DNA of 64,000 bases from contig CAXXSR010000002.1 in NCBI GenBank assembly GCA_963662615.2, positions 64,001 through 128,000 of the forward strand, written 5' to 3'. The notes under the pieces were generated by a model. The model was not told the origin of the DNA. It searched no databases and saw only the letters and a program-made list of their open reading frames with translations. Position 1 is the stretch's first letter, and every line of letters starts with the position of its first letter. Shown here piece after piece: positions 34,174 to 45,585 of this stretch. This DNA comes from Dehalococcoidia bacterium (lineage in GTDB: Bacteria > Chloroflexota > Dehalococcoidia > Bin125). The translations under genes were made by a program, and so were the position numbers.

Positions 34174-35103
34174 TCAGGCGCCGTCCCCGTGCACCTCCGG
34201 CAGGACCTCGTCGATCAGGCGCTGAGTCTGGGAGAGGACGTCGGCGTCGCCCTCGGCGATGGGACGGAGAACGAACTTGGAGATGCCGGCCGCCGTGTAC
34301 TCGTCGATGCGCGCGCGGATCTCCGCACGGCCGCCGACGGCCAGGTACTGCCGTGCCGGCAGGGGCGGACTGCGTTGTGCCAGGTCGGCGGCGGCGCGCT
34401 CAACGGCGGGCTCGTCCCAGCTGCCAAAGCGGAAGGCGAAACTCGCGCCGTAGTGGTCGGCGTCAATAGAGCGGCCGAGCGCTGCGCTCTCCCGCTTAAT
34501 CGCCTCCACGACGGCGTCCACCTGCGACGGTGGCAGGATCCCCGCTAACCAACCCGAGCCAATGGTGGCGGTACGGCGGATGGCGGCCCGGCTGCTGCCG
34601 CCGATCCAGAGCGGCAGCGGCTGCTGCACCGGCTTCGGATCGACGCTGGCGTCGCGATAGCGATAGTGACTTCCCTGAAAGGTGACGCGCGCCTCGCTCC
34701 AGAGACGGGTCATCAGGAGGAGCGCTTCGTCGGCTTGCGCGCCGCGTTGGCGGGCACTGCGGCCGGTGGCGCGCCACTCCGGGGCCGTGTCGGCGCCAAC
34801 GCCGAAGGCGGGGAGCAAACGCCCTTGGCTGAGAAAGTCGATGGTCGCGCACTGCTTCGCCAAGACCAGTGGGTCGCGGAACGGGACCACGGCCACGTTC
34901 ATGCCGAACTTGAGCCGCTGCGTGCGGCCCGCGAGGGCGGCCATCACGCTCAGCGTTTCCAGGAACGGGCGCGGCGAGACGAGCCGGTCGGTCTGCCAGA
35001 GCGAGTCGACATCGCCGTCTTCGCAGAGATCGACCCAGCGCCAGAAGGCGTCGGCAGCGGAAAAGGGGAAGGCGGCGAGGCCCAAACCGACACGAACGCT
35101 CAT
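34174..35103 (-). CDS. LLM-class (luciferase-like, possibly F420-dependent) oxidoreductase
   Basis: LAGRTQRLKFG.NV, P..LAKQ.ATID.LS.GR, PKPVQ.PLP.WIGG.S.AA.RR. Confidence 0.9.
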   Translation of the reverse strand: MSVRVGLGLAAFPFSAADAFWRWVDLCEDGDVDSLWQTDRLVSPRPFLETLSVMAALAGRTQRLKFGMNVAVVPFRDPLVLAKQCATIDFLSQGRLLPAFGVGADTAPEWRATGRSARQRGAQADEALLLMTRLWSEARVTFQGSHYRYRDASVDPKPVQQPLPLWIGGSSRAAIRRTATIGSGWLAGILPPSQVDAVVEAIKRESAALGRSIDADHYGASFAFRFGSWDEPAVERAAADLAQRSPPLPARQYLAVGGRAEIRARIDEYTAAGISKFVLRPIAEGDADVLSQTQRLIDEVLPEVHGDGA

Positions 35104-35194
35104 TGCCTGCCCTCGATTTCGCGGCAGTGAGGCCCGGCGGCCTCGCCGTCGCGGCCACGATAGCGGATGCGCCGCAGCGGGCCGGCCTGCGGGC

Positions 35195-35365
35195 CGCTCG
35201 CCGACCGCCGGAAGGCGCGGCAGCTTGACCGGGACCTGGCCGCTTCCTAGCCTCCTCCCGACCGCGCCCAGGAGCCTTGCGAGACCTCATGCGGGGAGAG
35301 CACCTGAATGCGATTCGTTATGCCCACATCCTTGGGGAGCCGATTGACCGCCCTTAGGGGCCGGC
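35195..35365 (+). repeat. 171-bp direct repeat, copy 1 (promoter, 5' UTR and first codons of CSLREA gene 1)
   Basis: Matches 41347-41517 with 2 mismatches by manual comparison; contains TTGACC-N17-TAGCCT (35225-35253). Confidence 0.92.
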
Positions 35366-38241
35366 GCGCCCGTCCACCCCTGGTGTTGGCCTCCGCCGCC
35401 GTGGTCGTGGCGGTGATTGCGGCCACGCTGGCACTGGTACTGACGCCCGGGACGGCCCACGGCGCCAACTTCACGGTCAATTGGCAGCCAGACGGGGTAG
35501 ACATCACCCCAGGCGACGGCATCTGCTCGGCCGGACTCCAAGGTTGCACGCTACGCGCGGCGGTCATGGAGGCGAACGCGCTCGACGGCGACGACACGAT
35601 CACGTTGCCTGCCGGCACCTACACGCTGACCATCGCGGGGACGGGCGAGAACGCCGCCGCCACCGGCGACCTCGACATCGCCGACCTCGCCAACAAGGTG
35701 ACCATCACCGGCGCTGGGGCCGCCAGCACGATCATCGACGGCGGCGGCATCGACCGCGTCTTTCAGGTCCTCGGTTTGAGCACGCTGGAACTCTCGGGCG
35801 TCACTGTCACCAACGGGAACGCCGGCGGCGGCGACGGGGGCGGCATCCGGGTCGGCGGCAGCCTGACGCTGACCAGCAGCAGGGTCAGCAACAGCACGGC
35901 CAGCGCCGGGGGCGGCATCTACGTTCAACCTTCCGGCGGCTTTCTCCAATTCGCCGGCTCGCTCACGCTGAATCTCAGCACCGTCGGCCCCAACAACAGC
36001 GCGACCTTCAGCGGCGGCGGCATCTGGAACGGCGGCTCCGCGACGCTCACAGACGGCGTCGTGGAAAACAACTTGGCGGGATTCGATGGGGGCGGCATCT
36101 TTAACAGTGGGACGCTGACCCTGATCCACACCACCCTCAGCGGGAACGCGACCAGTAGTGGAGACGGCGGCGGCATCCACAATGACGGCGGCGCCACGCT
36201 CACTCTGGACGACAGCGCCGTGGTGAGCAACACGGCGACGGCCGGTGACGGAGGCGGTATCAGCAACGTTGGGGCGCTGACGGTGAGCAACAGTAGCGTG
36301 AGTAACAACACCTCGACCAATGGCGTGGGCGGCGGCATCGACAACGCCGGGATGCTGACCCTCAGCAACACGACCGTTAGCGGCAACAGCACCACGGACC
36401 AGGGCGGCGGCATCTACAGCTCTGGCGCCAGCGCGGTGGTGGCGATGACAGGGGGCGCCGTTCAGGGCAACACGGCCGCGATCGCTGGCGGCGGTATCTG
36501 GAACGATGGCACCGTGACGCTGACCGGCAGTACAGTCAGCGGCAACACGACGAACGGACATGGCGGCGGCCTCCACAACGTAGGGGGCGCGAGCGCCACG
36601 CTGACGAACGCCACGGTCAGCAACAACACGGCGCCCGCCAGCGGTGGTGGCATCTACAACTCCGAGAGCGCTCTCAGCGTGGTGGACAGCACGTTCATCG
36701 GCAATCAAGCCGGGTTTTGCGGCGGCGCCATCCACAACATCGGCCCCACCGCGACGCTCGCCCTGACCCGCACGACGGTGAGCGGGAATACGGCAGGGGA
36801 TGATGGTGGCGGGGTTAGTAACGTCGTAGGCGCGATGGCGACGGTCACCGCCAGCACCATCAGTGGCAACACTGCTACCAGCACGGCAGGCGGCATTGAG
36901 AACGGGAGCGGCGCCTCGCTGACGCTGACGAACAGCACAATCAGCGGCAACACCACGACGGGGGCTGGGGGCGGCATCCTCAACGACAATAACGCCGCGT
37001 TGACGGTGCTCAACAGCACAATCAGCGGCAACATCGCCGGGGGCGTGGGGGGCGGCATCGCGCACAGCGGCGCCACGACCACGTTGAAGAACTCGATCGT
37101 GGCCGGGAACACCGCGGCCAACTGCGATGGCTCCATGCTCTCGTTCGACAACAACCTGGACAGCGACAACACGTGTAATTTGATCGCGCCGGGCGACCTC
37201 CCCGGCCTTGACCCGCTGCTGGGCCCGCTGGCGAGCAACGGCGGCCCCACCCAGACGCAGGCGTTGCTCGCGGGCAGCCCGGCGATCAACGCCGGCAACG
37301 ACGTGGGGGCGCCCCCAACCGATCAGCGCGGCTTCCCCCGGGTCGGCGTCAGCGACATCGGCGCGTTCGAGTTTCAAGGGCTCGACGCCGACGGCGACGG
37401 CTTCGACGACATCGCGGCGGGCGGGACCGACTGCGATGACGGCGACGCGACCATCTTCCCCGGCGCCACCGAGATCCCCTACGACGGCATCGACCAGGAC
37501 TGCGACGGCAGCGACCTGACCGACGTGGACAGAGACGGCTTCGAGGCCGACCAGGCCGTCGGCGGCACGCCCGACTGCGACGACACCGACGCGACCGTCT
37601 TCCCGGGCGCCACGGAGATCCTCGACGACGGCATTGACCAGGACTGCGACGGGGAGGACGCCATCAGTGAGCCGGAAGCGGTCCTGACGGCGACCTTCGC
37701 GCTGGTGGGCGGCTTCAACGCCATCGTCTTCCCCGGCGCGGATGACACGCCCATTGCGGACCTGGCCACCGCCATCGGCTCCATCACGGACGCCATCTTC
37801 CGCTTCGATGAGACGTCGCAGAGCTGGTTGGTGTATCGGCCCGACGTCGTGGTGCCGGGGTTGAATACGCTGGCCATGGCCAACCAGCGCGACGTCCTCT
37901 TTGTCCGTCTCGCCGCGGGCGGCGTGGCCACCTTGATGTGGGAGGACGTGCTGGCGGCCGGGCCGGTGAGCGTGGATCTGCCGCCGGGGTTCAGCTTCGT
38001 GGGCTTCACCGGCGCCGATGGGACGGCGGTGGCCGACCTGCTGGCGATGCTCCCGGCCGGGGTGGATGCGGCCTTCCTCTTCGCCGCGGAGGATCAGGAA
38101 TACGACGTCTTCCGGCGCGGCGAGCCGAGCTTCTTGAGCACGTTCACCTCCGCGGACCGGCTCGAGGCCCTGTTCATCCGCAACACGACGACCAGCACGG
38201 CGGTCCTCTCCTGGGAGCAGGTGGCCGCGGGCGGTCCCTGA
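35308..38241 (+). CDS. Secreted CSLREA/choice-of-anchor-Q beta-helix repeat protein with Asp-rich MopE-like repeats and a duplicated C-terminal domain (paralog 1)
   Basis: Signal peptide ending AHG-A; CTLRAA; many GGGI.N / N.T.SGN repeats; LGPLA.NGGPTQT, DQRG, DIGAFE; DCDD..A.IFPGA.E...DGIDQDCDG. Confidence 0.9.
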   Translation: MRFVMPTSLGSRLTALRGRRARPPLVLASAAVVVAVIAATLALVLTPGTAHGANFTVNWQPDGVDITPGDGICSAGLQGCTLRAAVMEANALDGDDTITLPAGTYTLTIAGTGENAAATGDLDIADLANKVTITGAGAASTIIDGGGIDRVFQVLGLSTLELSGVTVTNGNAGGGDGGGIRVGGSLTLTSSRVSNSTASAGGGIYVQPSGGFLQFAGSLTLNLSTVGPNNSATFSGGGIWNGGSATLTDGVVENNLAGFDGGGIFNSGTLTLIHTTLSGNATSSGDGGGIHNDGGATLTLDDSAVVSNTATAGDGGGISNVGALTVSNSSVSNNTSTNGVGGGIDNAGMLTLSNTTVSGNSTTDQGGGIYSSGASAVVAMTGGAVQGNTAAIAGGGIWNDGTVTLTGSTVSGNTTNGHGGGLHNVGGASATLTNATVSNNTAPASGGGIYNSESALSVVDSTFIGNQAGFCGGAIHNIGPTATLALTRTTVSGNTAGDDGGGVSNVVGAMATVTASTISGNTATSTAGGIENGSGASLTLTNSTISGNTTTGAGGGILNDNNAALTVLNSTISGNIAGGVGGGIAHSGATTTLKNSIVAGNTAANCDGSMLSFDNNLDSDNTCNLIAPGDLPGLDPLLGPLASNGGPTQTQALLAGSPAINAGNDVGAPPTDQRGFPRVGVSDIGAFEFQGLDADGDGFDDIAAGGTDCDDGDATIFPGATEIPYDGIDQDCDGSDLTDVDRDGFEADQAVGGTPDCDDTDATVFPGATEILDDGIDQDCDGEDAISEPEAVLTATFALVGGFNAIVFPGADDTPIADLATAIGSITDAIFRFDETSQSWLVYRPDVVVPGLNTLAMANQRDVLFVRLAAGGVATLMWEDVLAAGPVSVDLPPGFSFVGFTGADGTAVADLLAMLPAGVDAAFLFAAEDQEYDVFRRGEPSFLSTFTSADRLEALFIRNTTTSTAVLSWEQVAAGGP

Positions 38242-38660
38242 GCCGCGGGCCACGCCTGGGACGCGGCTTGCCTCCGATGCGGCGAGGCGAATCACGCGGT
38301 AGCTGCCGGCGGTCGATCACGGCTGGGGAAGCGCCACGGGCGGATGAGACACAGCGCGGATAACATCCCGCGTTGCGCGGGTTGTCCCCGCGGCCCACGT
38401 CCGTTCCGGTCGCCGAACCGCGACGGCGCCACCATCTTCATTTCACCGTGAGACGGTGCCCATCCTCGCGCCTGCCTCTGGGTGCGGGGGCCGTGAAAGA
38501 GGACAGATGCCTCTCGGCGGTTTGCCTGCGTCCCGCTTTGTGTGGCCGGCCGGCCCCCGGCCGTAAGGATTTCTCTACTCGCCCGTCTTACTCAGTGAAG
38601 GGTGCAGAGGCCTCTAGGCTCTGCCGCCGAACTGCGATCGCAAGAAGGCGAGGGGAAGCG

Positions 38661-39287
38661 ATGCCACCGTTCCAGGCGGGCCCGGATGCGGCGACGATGC
38701 AGGCGCGCGGTCGCGGCGCGAGCGACAGCGCTGATCCCGACACAGATAGCGTCACGCGCTTCGCGGCGCTGTATGAGGAGACGTTCGACGCGGTCTATCG
38801 CTACGCCTGCGTCCTCATGGGCGACGCCGGCCAAGCAGAAGACATTGCCGCGGACGTGTATCTCTGCGTGCGTGGCGGCAGCGGGGATCGTACCCGGAGG
38901 GAGGGCACGGCGCTCTCGTGGCTCCTCTCCATCACGCACAACTGCGTCTGCTCCGTGCTCCGCAAGCGGAGCGCGGAGCAAGCGGACGTGGACCTGCTGC
39001 TCAGGCAGCCTAATACGGGCGCGGGGCCGGAGGCCGCTGTGCTGGCCTCCGTTGACCGACGGCGGACCCGGGAGGCCATGGCGTCGCTGACGCCCACACA
39101 GCAAGAAGTGATCGTCCTGCGCTTTTTCGGCGATCGTTCCCATGCGGAGATCGCGGCGCGGATGCAGCGCAGCGAGAACGCGGTGCGGGCGCTGCAATAC
39201 CGAGCGCTGCGCCAGCTGAGACTGGGACTGGAGGGGCGTGCGAGCCCGTTCCCGTCGCCGGCGGGCGCGGCGGCGGCTGGAGAATAA
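38661..39287 (+). CDS. ECF-type RNA polymerase sigma factor, with an apparent local compensated frameshift
   Basis: FAALYE....VYRY, AEDI.ADVY, SWLLSITHN; region 4 L...QQEVIVLRFF...SHAEIA..M.RSENAVRALQYRAL. Confidence 0.8.
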   Translation: MPPFQAGPDAATMQARGRGASDSADPDTDSVTRFAALYEETFDAVYRYACVLMGDAGQAEDIAADVYLCVRGGSGDRTRREGTALSWLLSITHNCVCSVLRKRSAEQADVDLLLRQPNTGAGPEAAVLASVDRRRTREAMASLTPTQQEVIVLRFFGDRSHAEIAARMQRSENAVRALQYRALRQLRLGLEGRASPFPSPAGAAAAGE

Positions 39288-39429
39288 CGACCGATTTTCT
39301 CAATGACGGGGCGGCCGGCGCTCTGCCGGTACGCGGGACAAGCGCCGGGCCAGCAGCGTTCCGCTTGACCGGCGCGCCGTGCGTGTGGATGTTCCGATCC
39401 TGGTCCGGACGCGGAGCTGATGGGCGGTC

Positions 39430-39960
39430 TCAGACCTTTCGCACGTCGCTACCGACGCGCACGGTCCCGGCCTTGATCACGACGGCGTTGATCCCGCGTA
39501 GGTGGAGATTTGCTCTGGCGGGAGCATTGATGAATCTCGCAGCCTCAGTTCCGTAGCGCCGAGAGAATTTCCCACATCCGGTATGGGGAACCTCGCTCAC
39601 TTCCAGCACGACATCGTCGATCGTCAGGCGCTGACCCGCGGGAAGGTTGTTCGCACTCAGATCCAGATCGACGATGAGTTGGTCCCCGGCTAGAGACCAC
39701 CGCTCTCGACTCCCCGCTATGAGGTTGAGGATCCGCGAGTTCATGAGCGTCACCTGCGCTCGTGGATGTCCGCCGCTGGACTTCCATTTGTCACCGTCCA
39801 CGCCGCCTTGCGGCGAGAGCCGAGCCGCGTGGGGAGACTCACGTTGGTCCTCCGCGGGCCGGAGGAAGATCGCCTCTAACTTCCCCGCGTCCTGGGGCGA
39901 CTCAAGGACCTCAGTGATTCCCGCATCGAGCTGCTCCCGGCTTGCGAACTCACTGGTCAC
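39430..39960 (-). CDS. MOSC-domain protein
   Basis: G.DGD.W, QVTLMNSR, AGDQL.VDLDLS..NLP.G, PHTGC.KF, LRGINA.V...G.VR.G. Confidence 0.85.
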   Translation of the reverse strand: MTSEFASREQLDAGITEVLESPQDAGKLEAIFLRPAEDQRESPHAARLSPQGGVDGDKWKSSGGHPRAQVTLMNSRILNLIAGSRERWSLAGDQLIVDLDLSANNLPAGQRLTIDDVVLEVSEVPHTGCGKFSRRYGTEAARFINAPARANLHLRGINAVVIKAGTVRVGSDVRKV

Positions 39961-40241
39961 CTGAGTTCCCTCCTCTGCGCGGATCCCGCAAGCGCGCGTG
40001 CCACGCGCATGCTGGAGCCGTGATCGCGTCGCCGTCGCAGCATAGCCTCCCACCCCTCGCCGTCCACCCGTCTCCCTTAATCGCGGGGGGGTCACGCTGG
40101 ATGGGAGCGGGACAGGCGCCAAGGCGATCCGATCCAGACGATCGATCGCCTGGAAGGCGACGTTCGGAGTCAACCCGGAACGCTTTCCAGTATCCCGACC
40201 GGCAAAGCCGCAGACGAACAATGCGACGAGGTGAGCGGGAG

Positions 40242-41337
40242 ATGGCGGCGCAGGCATCAACGCTGTTCGAACCACGCGCGCTCCCACGGGTGGCCACATC
40301 CTTCGTTGGCCGTGAAGACGAGCTCGCCGAAATCCGGCGCCAAGTTTTGGAGTGGGGCGGCCCCCTGATCACGCTTGTCGGGCCGGGAGGGATCGGCAAG
40401 TCGCGTTTGGCAATCGAGTCCGCCGCCTCCATCGCAGCGGAGCTGGCGGACGGCGCCGCCTTCGTTCCGCTGCAGGCGGTCGCGTCGGGCGAGGCGCTGG
40501 TTCTCGCCATCGCCGAGGCGGTCAACTTCCCCGTCGGGCGGCCAAGGCGATCCCACGAGCCGGCTGCTGGCCTTCCTCCAGGACCGCGAGATGAAACGGT
40601 TGCTCGCCGCCGTCCTCCTCACGCGCGGTTGGATAGCAATTCGACTGGGGCAGTTGGACGAGGCGCAGCGCGTCCTTCAGAACAGCCGCCACCTCTTCAA
40701 TGACCTCGGCGTGGATTCCGCCCCGTACACCTTCGCCGACGATCCGAACGCTGCCCTGGGGATCCTGGCGCGCGTCGGCGGCGACCTCAGCGAGGGCCAA
40801 ATGCACTTCGAGGCGAGCCACGCGCTGCGCACCGCGTTCAACGATCCGGAGGGCATGGCGCTCGCCCTCGCGCACCCGGCGGAGACGGCGGCACTGCAGG
40901 GGGACGCCCGCGAGGCCGAACGCCGCTACCGCTAAGCGCTGGTCCTCTATCGCGACATTGGCGATCGCGGCGGCCTGGGCAGCGCGCTGTGTGGACTCGG
41001 TCGCGTCGCCTGCGGCCGGGGCGAAATGCACACAGCGCATGCCTGCTTTTTATGCGCCCTTGAGATTGCGGCGGAGATCCGTGTCGTTCCCCTGATCTTC
41101 GACGTGCTGCGCGGCGTGCCGGAACTCCTACTCGCCTCCGGCGAGCGCGCCCTGGCGGTTGAACTGCTTGCGTTCATCACGCATCACCGCAGCGCCCCCG
41201 ACGAGACGAAAACGAACGCCGAGACGCTGCTTGCCGGCACCACCAAGTGGTACACGAGCCAGATCTACGGCAAGCTCGGCGTGCGCAATCGCTCACAGGC
41301 CGTGCTGCGCGCCCGCGAACTGGGCGTGGTCCTCTAA
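40242..41337 (+). pseudogene. Decayed STAND ATPase-TPR-LuxR transcriptional regulator
   Basis: TSFVGREDEL and Walker A GPGGIGKS; frameshift near 40540; TPR fragments; in-frame TAA 40933-40935; only the C-terminal half of the LuxR HTH remains (TTKWYTSQIYGKLGVRNRSQAV). Confidence 0.85.
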
Positions 41338-41346
41338 CCGGCGCGA

Positions 41347-41517
41347 CGCTCGCCAACCGCCGGAAGGCGCGGCAGCTTGACCGGGACCTGGCCGCTTCCT
41401 AGCCTCCTCCCGACCGCGCCCAGGAGCCTTGCGAGACCTCATGCGGGGAGAGCACCTGAATGCAATTCGTTATGCCCACATCCTTGGGGAGCCGATTGAC
41501 CGCCCTTAGGGGCCGGC
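41347..41517 (+). repeat. 171-bp direct repeat, copy 2
   Basis: Offset from copy 1 is 6152 bp, identical to the offset between the two start codons. Confidence 0.92.
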
Positions 41518-43658
41518 TCGCCCGCTCGCCCCTGGCGTTAATGTCCGCTGCCGCGGCGACTGCGGCGCTGGCGGCCGCGCTGGCGCTGGTACTGACGCTC
41601 GGCACGGCCCACGGCGCCAACTTCACCGTCTCGAGCACTGCAGATGGCATCGACATGTTCCCGGGCGACGGAAATTGCCACTCACCGGGGTTTCCGATCC
41701 CGGGCCCGTGCACTCTGCGCGCCGCGATCATGGAGGCGAACGCGCTCGACGGCGACGACACCATCACCTTGCCTCCCGGCACCTATTTCCTGACCAACGC
41801 CGGCACGGGCGAGAACGCCGGCGGCACCGGCGACCTCGACATCGCCGACTTCGGCAACAAGCTGACCATCACCGGCGCGGGCGCCGCCACCACCATCATC
41901 AACGGCGGCGGCATCGACCGCGTCATTCAGGTCCTCGGTTTGACCACGCTGGAACTCTCCAGCGTGACAATCACCAACGGGGACACGACCAGCAGCGGCG
42001 GCGGCATCTTCAACCGCGGCACGCTGACGCTCACGAACAGCACCGTCAGCGGCAACACGGCGGACGGGGCAGGCGGCGGGATTACTAACTTTGACATGGG
42101 CACGGCGACGCTGACGAACGTCACGGTGAGTGTGAACACGACGGGCGGCAGCGCCGGCGGCATCTTCAACAGCGGCACCCTGACGCTGACGAACAGCACG
42201 ATCAGCGGCAACACGGCGGCACAAGGCGGCGGCATTGAGAACCGCGGCACGCTGACGCTGACCAACAGCACGGTTACCGGGAATATGAGCCTTGCCGGGG
42301 GCGGCGGCATCCTTAACCTCAGCGGCACGCTCACGCTCACGAACAGCACCGTCAGCGGCAACACGGCGGACGGGGCAGGCGGCGGGATTTCGAACTCCGG
42401 CGAGGCGACGCTGACGAACAGCACCGTCAGCGGCAACGCCGCGGCCTTCGACAGCGGCGGCATCCTGCACCTGGACGGCCCGCTTACGCTGAAAAACTCG
42501 ATTATCGCGGGGAACAGCGCACCCGACTGCGATGGGTTGGCAGTCACTTCGTTGGGGAACAACATCGACGGCGACAGCACGTGCAACCTCGCGGGCCCGG
42601 ACGACCAGCCGGGGGTCGATCCACTCCTGGGGCCCCTGGCGGACAACGGCGGGCCCACCCAGACCCAGGCGCTGCTGGCAGGGAGTCCGGCGATCAATGC
42701 GGGCGACGACACCGCGGCCCTCGCGATCGATCAGCGCGGCTTCCCCCGCGTCGGCGTCAGCGACATCGGCGCGTTTGAGTTCCAGGGGCCTGTCGGCGTC
42801 GATGCTGACGGGGACGGCTTCGACTCCATCGCCAGCGGTGGGAGCGACTGCGACGATACGAACTCAACGATCTTCCCCGGCGCATCGGAGACGCCGTACG
42901 ACGGCATCGATCAGGACTGCGACGGCAGCGACCTGGCCGACGTGGACGGCGACGGCTTCGACGCCGACCAGGCCACGGGCGGCACGCCCGACTGCGACGA
43001 CACCGATGCGACCATCTTCCCGGGCGCCACGGAGATCCTCGACGACGGCATTGACCAGGACTGTGACGGGGAGGACGCCATCAGCGATCCGGAAGCGGTC
43101 CCGACGGTCACCTTCTCGCTGGTGGGCGGCTTCAACGCCCTGGTATTCCCCGGCGCGGATGACACGCCCATTGACGACGTGGCCACGGCCATCGGGTCGA
43201 TCACGGACGCCATCTTCCGTTTCGATGCAGATAGGCAGAGCTGGTTGGTGTACCGCCCCGACGTCGTGGTGCCGGGGTTGAACACGCTGGCCACGGCCAA
43301 CCAGCGCGACGTCCTCTTCGTCCGGCTCCCGGCCGGCGCCGAGGCCGCGCTGAGCTGGGACGACGCGCTGTCGGCCGGGCCCGTGAGCGTGGCGCTGCCG
43401 CCGGGGTTCACCTTCGTGGGCTTCACCGGCGCGGCGGACACGGCGCTGGCCGACCTCCTCGCCCCCCTGCCGGCCGAGGTCAGTGCGGTCTTCCGCTACG
43501 ACGCCGCCACGCAGGGGTACGACATCTTCCGGCGCGGCCAGCCCGCCTTCCTCAGCACCGTCACGACCGTGGACCGCCTCGACGGCCTCTTCCTCGTCAA
43601 CAGCACCGCCGACACGGTGACGCTGGCCTGGGAGCAGGTCGCCGGCGGCGGCCCCTGA
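41460..43658 (+). CDS. Secreted CSLREA/choice-of-anchor-Q protein (paralog 2, fewer beta-helix repeats)
   Basis: Same architecture as 35308-38241; ends WEQVAGGGP versus WEQVAAGGP. Confidence 0.9.
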   Translation: MQFVMPTSLGSRLTALRGRLARSPLALMSAAAATAALAAALALVLTLGTAHGANFTVSSTADGIDMFPGDGNCHSPGFPIPGPCTLRAAIMEANALDGDDTITLPPGTYFLTNAGTGENAGGTGDLDIADFGNKLTITGAGAATTIINGGGIDRVIQVLGLTTLELSSVTITNGDTTSSGGGIFNRGTLTLTNSTVSGNTADGAGGGITNFDMGTATLTNVTVSVNTTGGSAGGIFNSGTLTLTNSTISGNTAAQGGGIENRGTLTLTNSTVTGNMSLAGGGGILNLSGTLTLTNSTVSGNTADGAGGGISNSGEATLTNSTVSGNAAAFDSGGILHLDGPLTLKNSIIAGNSAPDCDGLAVTSLGNNIDGDSTCNLAGPDDQPGVDPLLGPLADNGGPTQTQALLAGSPAINAGDDTAALAIDQRGFPRVGVSDIGAFEFQGPVGVDADGDGFDSIASGGSDCDDTNSTIFPGASETPYDGIDQDCDGSDLADVDGDGFDADQATGGTPDCDDTDATIFPGATEILDDGIDQDCDGEDAISDPEAVPTVTFSLVGGFNALVFPGADDTPIDDVATAIGSITDAIFRFDADRQSWLVYRPDVVVPGLNTLATANQRDVLFVRLPAGAEAALSWDDALSAGPVSVALPPGFTFVGFTGAADTALADLLAPLPAEVSAVFRYDAATQGYDIFRRGQPAFLSTVTTVDRLDGLFLVNSTADTVTLAWEQVAGGGP

Positions 43659-43791
43659 GCGGTTGACCCCTCGCGTTTGCGACCCGCGACGGCGCGCGGC
43701 GCGCGGGGAGTTTGTTCGCACGGTCAGACATGCATTGCTCCTGGCGCGCCCACCGAAGGGACCGGCGCCGTCATGCGGGGGCGGCGGCGCC

Positions 43792-44982
43792 TCAGATCAC
43801 GTGGCGGGTGCGCAGGTCGGCGATTGCCGCGGCGTCGAAGTCGAGCGTGGCCAGGAGTTCGTCGGTGTGCTCGCCGAGCGCCGGCGCCGGCAGCCGCATC
43901 CGCTCCGGCTGCGGAGCGCGCGCAAGGTGGATCGGTTGACCGACCACGCGGATCTCTCCGCGCTGCGCGTGGTCAACGGCTCTGGCGATGTCCAGGTGTT
44001 GGACCTGCGGATCGGCGAAGGTCTGATCGATCGTGTTGATGGGGCCGCAGGGAACTCCCGCGTCGTTGAACGCCTGCACCCAATGGCTGCTCGGCCGTTC
44101 GCGCGTCTTCTCCGAGATCACGGCGTTGAGCGCCTTGCGATTCTTTGAGCGTCGCTCGGGCGTGGCGTAATCGGGATGGTCGATCAGGTCGGAGCGACCG
44201 ATAGCCCTGCAGAGTCGCCGGTAGAGGGTGCTGTTCGACCCGGCGATGTTGATGTGCCCGTCCGCAGTAGGGAAGACCCCGGTGGGGATGAGAGTGGGGT
44301 GGTCATTGCCGGCTTGGCCGGGGACCTCACCGTCGATCAGCCAGCGCGTCGCCTGCAGGTCGAGCATCGCGATTTGGGCCTCCAGCAGGGAGGTGTGGAC
44401 CCACTGCCCCTGGCCGGAGCGCTCACGCTCGAAGAGCGCGAGCAAGATGCCCTGCGCCAGGTAGTTGCCCGCGCAGAGGTCGGCGATGGGAATGCCAACG
44501 CGGACCGGGCCCTGCCCGGCGAGCCCGGTGACCGACATGATCCCCCCGATCCCCTGCGCGATCTGGTCCACCCCCGGACGCTCCCGGTAGGGGCCGTCCT
44601 GTCCGAAGCCTGAGATGCTGCCGTAGATGATGCGGGGGTTGACGGCGCGGACGGCGTCGTAGTCCACGCCGAGGCGGTGTTTGACGGCGGGCCGGTAGTT
44701 CTCCACGACGATGTCGGCAGGTGTGGCGAGGCGCAGGAAGATGGCGCGTCCCTCGGCGTGGCTGAGGTTGAGCGTCATGCTGCGCTTGTTGCGATGGAGG
44801 TTGAGGAAGTCGGATCCTTCGCGCGGGCCGGCGAGGGCGTCGTCCGTCTCGGATCGGGGCGGCTGCTCGACCTTGATGACGTCGGCGCCCCAATCGGCGA
44901 GCTGCCGTGTGGCGGTCGGGCCGGCGCGGGCGCGCGTCAGATCAAGGACGACGATTCCATCCAGGGGCAGGCGGCCGGACAT
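43792..44982 (-). CDS. CaiB/BaiF family III CoA-transferase
   Basis: LDLTRARAGP, GADVIKVE, RNKRS.TL, ENYRP, SISGFGQ.GPY, D..AG. Confidence 0.93.
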   Translation of the reverse strand: MSGRLPLDGIVVLDLTRARAGPTATRQLADWGADVIKVEQPPRSETDDALAGPREGSDFLNLHRNKRSMTLNLSHAEGRAIFLRLATPADIVVENYRPAVKHRLGVDYDAVRAVNPRIIYGSISGFGQDGPYRERPGVDQIAQGIGGIMSVTGLAGQGPVRVGIPIADLCAGNYLAQGILLALFERERSGQGQWVHTSLLEAQIAMLDLQATRWLIDGEVPGQAGNDHPTLIPTGVFPTADGHINIAGSNSTLYRRLCRAIGRSDLIDHPDYATPERRSKNRKALNAVISEKTRERPSSHWVQAFNDAGVPCGPINTIDQTFADPQVQHLDIARAVDHAQRGEIRVVGQPIHLARAPQPERMRLPAPALGEHTDELLATLDFDAAAIADLRTRHVI

Positions 44983-45246
44983 GGGGACCTCCTCAGGTAC
45001 CGTGAGGATACCCGGCGGCGACGATACTGCGGCGCGATTGGAAGTGCTGATGCCGGCGCTGTCCCTGAACTCGCCGCCCGGGTCACTCCTGTAATCGCGG
45101 CGCGAATCATGTCGCGACAGAGCCTGCGGCCCCGGCTCCCCAGCCGTCGGCACCGGTCGCCCGATGCGGCCATTTGCGGCTCTTCCCGCCTTGGTGACTT
45201 GTGTCACAGCCGTCACGTCTGCCGTGCGATCGCCATCTACCTGCTA

Positions 45247-45489
45247 GTGAAGCGACGCCTGAGGACGGAGGCCCCGTTGCCCCTGCACGAGTCCGCAGCC
45301 CTGGAAGCGTTCGGGGAGACCCGCCTGCGCCAAGTCGCCCGTCTGGCGGCGTTGGAGCGAGCGCACACGGACGCGCTCAACGATCTGGGCTCGGTGGTGG
45401 TGACCCGCGCGATGATCACGCTGCTCAAAGATTGCATCGCCGCGGGCATTGACGAGCACCGCGTCGTCGCGGCCCTTCGCCCCGCATAG
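45247..45489 (+). CDS. Small hypothetical protein
   Basis: Helical ORF ending RAMITLLKDCIAAGIDE; start uncertain. Confidence 0.45.
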   Translation: MKRRLRTEAPLPLHESAALEAFGETRLRQVARLAALERAHTDALNDLGSVVVTRAMITLLKDCIAAGIDEHRVVAALRPA

Positions 45490-45585
45490 CGCACCAGGTC
45501 GGGCTTCGGCGGCGGCGGCGCGCTTGCGGGCTCGGCGTGTCCCCATTGCCGCCCCGCGCCGGCGGCGCGGGGCGGCTGGACTGGC

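Noticed and set aside
35254-35307. Riboswitch in the duplicated CSLREA leader
   Set aside because: Only about 50 nt separate the promoter and start codon, and no aptamer is recognisable.
35551-38295. 914-aa antisense ORF, and similar long shadow ORFs across the window
   Set aside because: These are opposite-strand or alternative-frame artefacts of high-GC codon bias, overlapping well-supported genes and lacking motifs.
35308-43658. Diversity-generating retroelement TR/VR pair
   Set aside because: No reverse transcriptase is present, and the differences between paralogs are not visibly adenine-specific.
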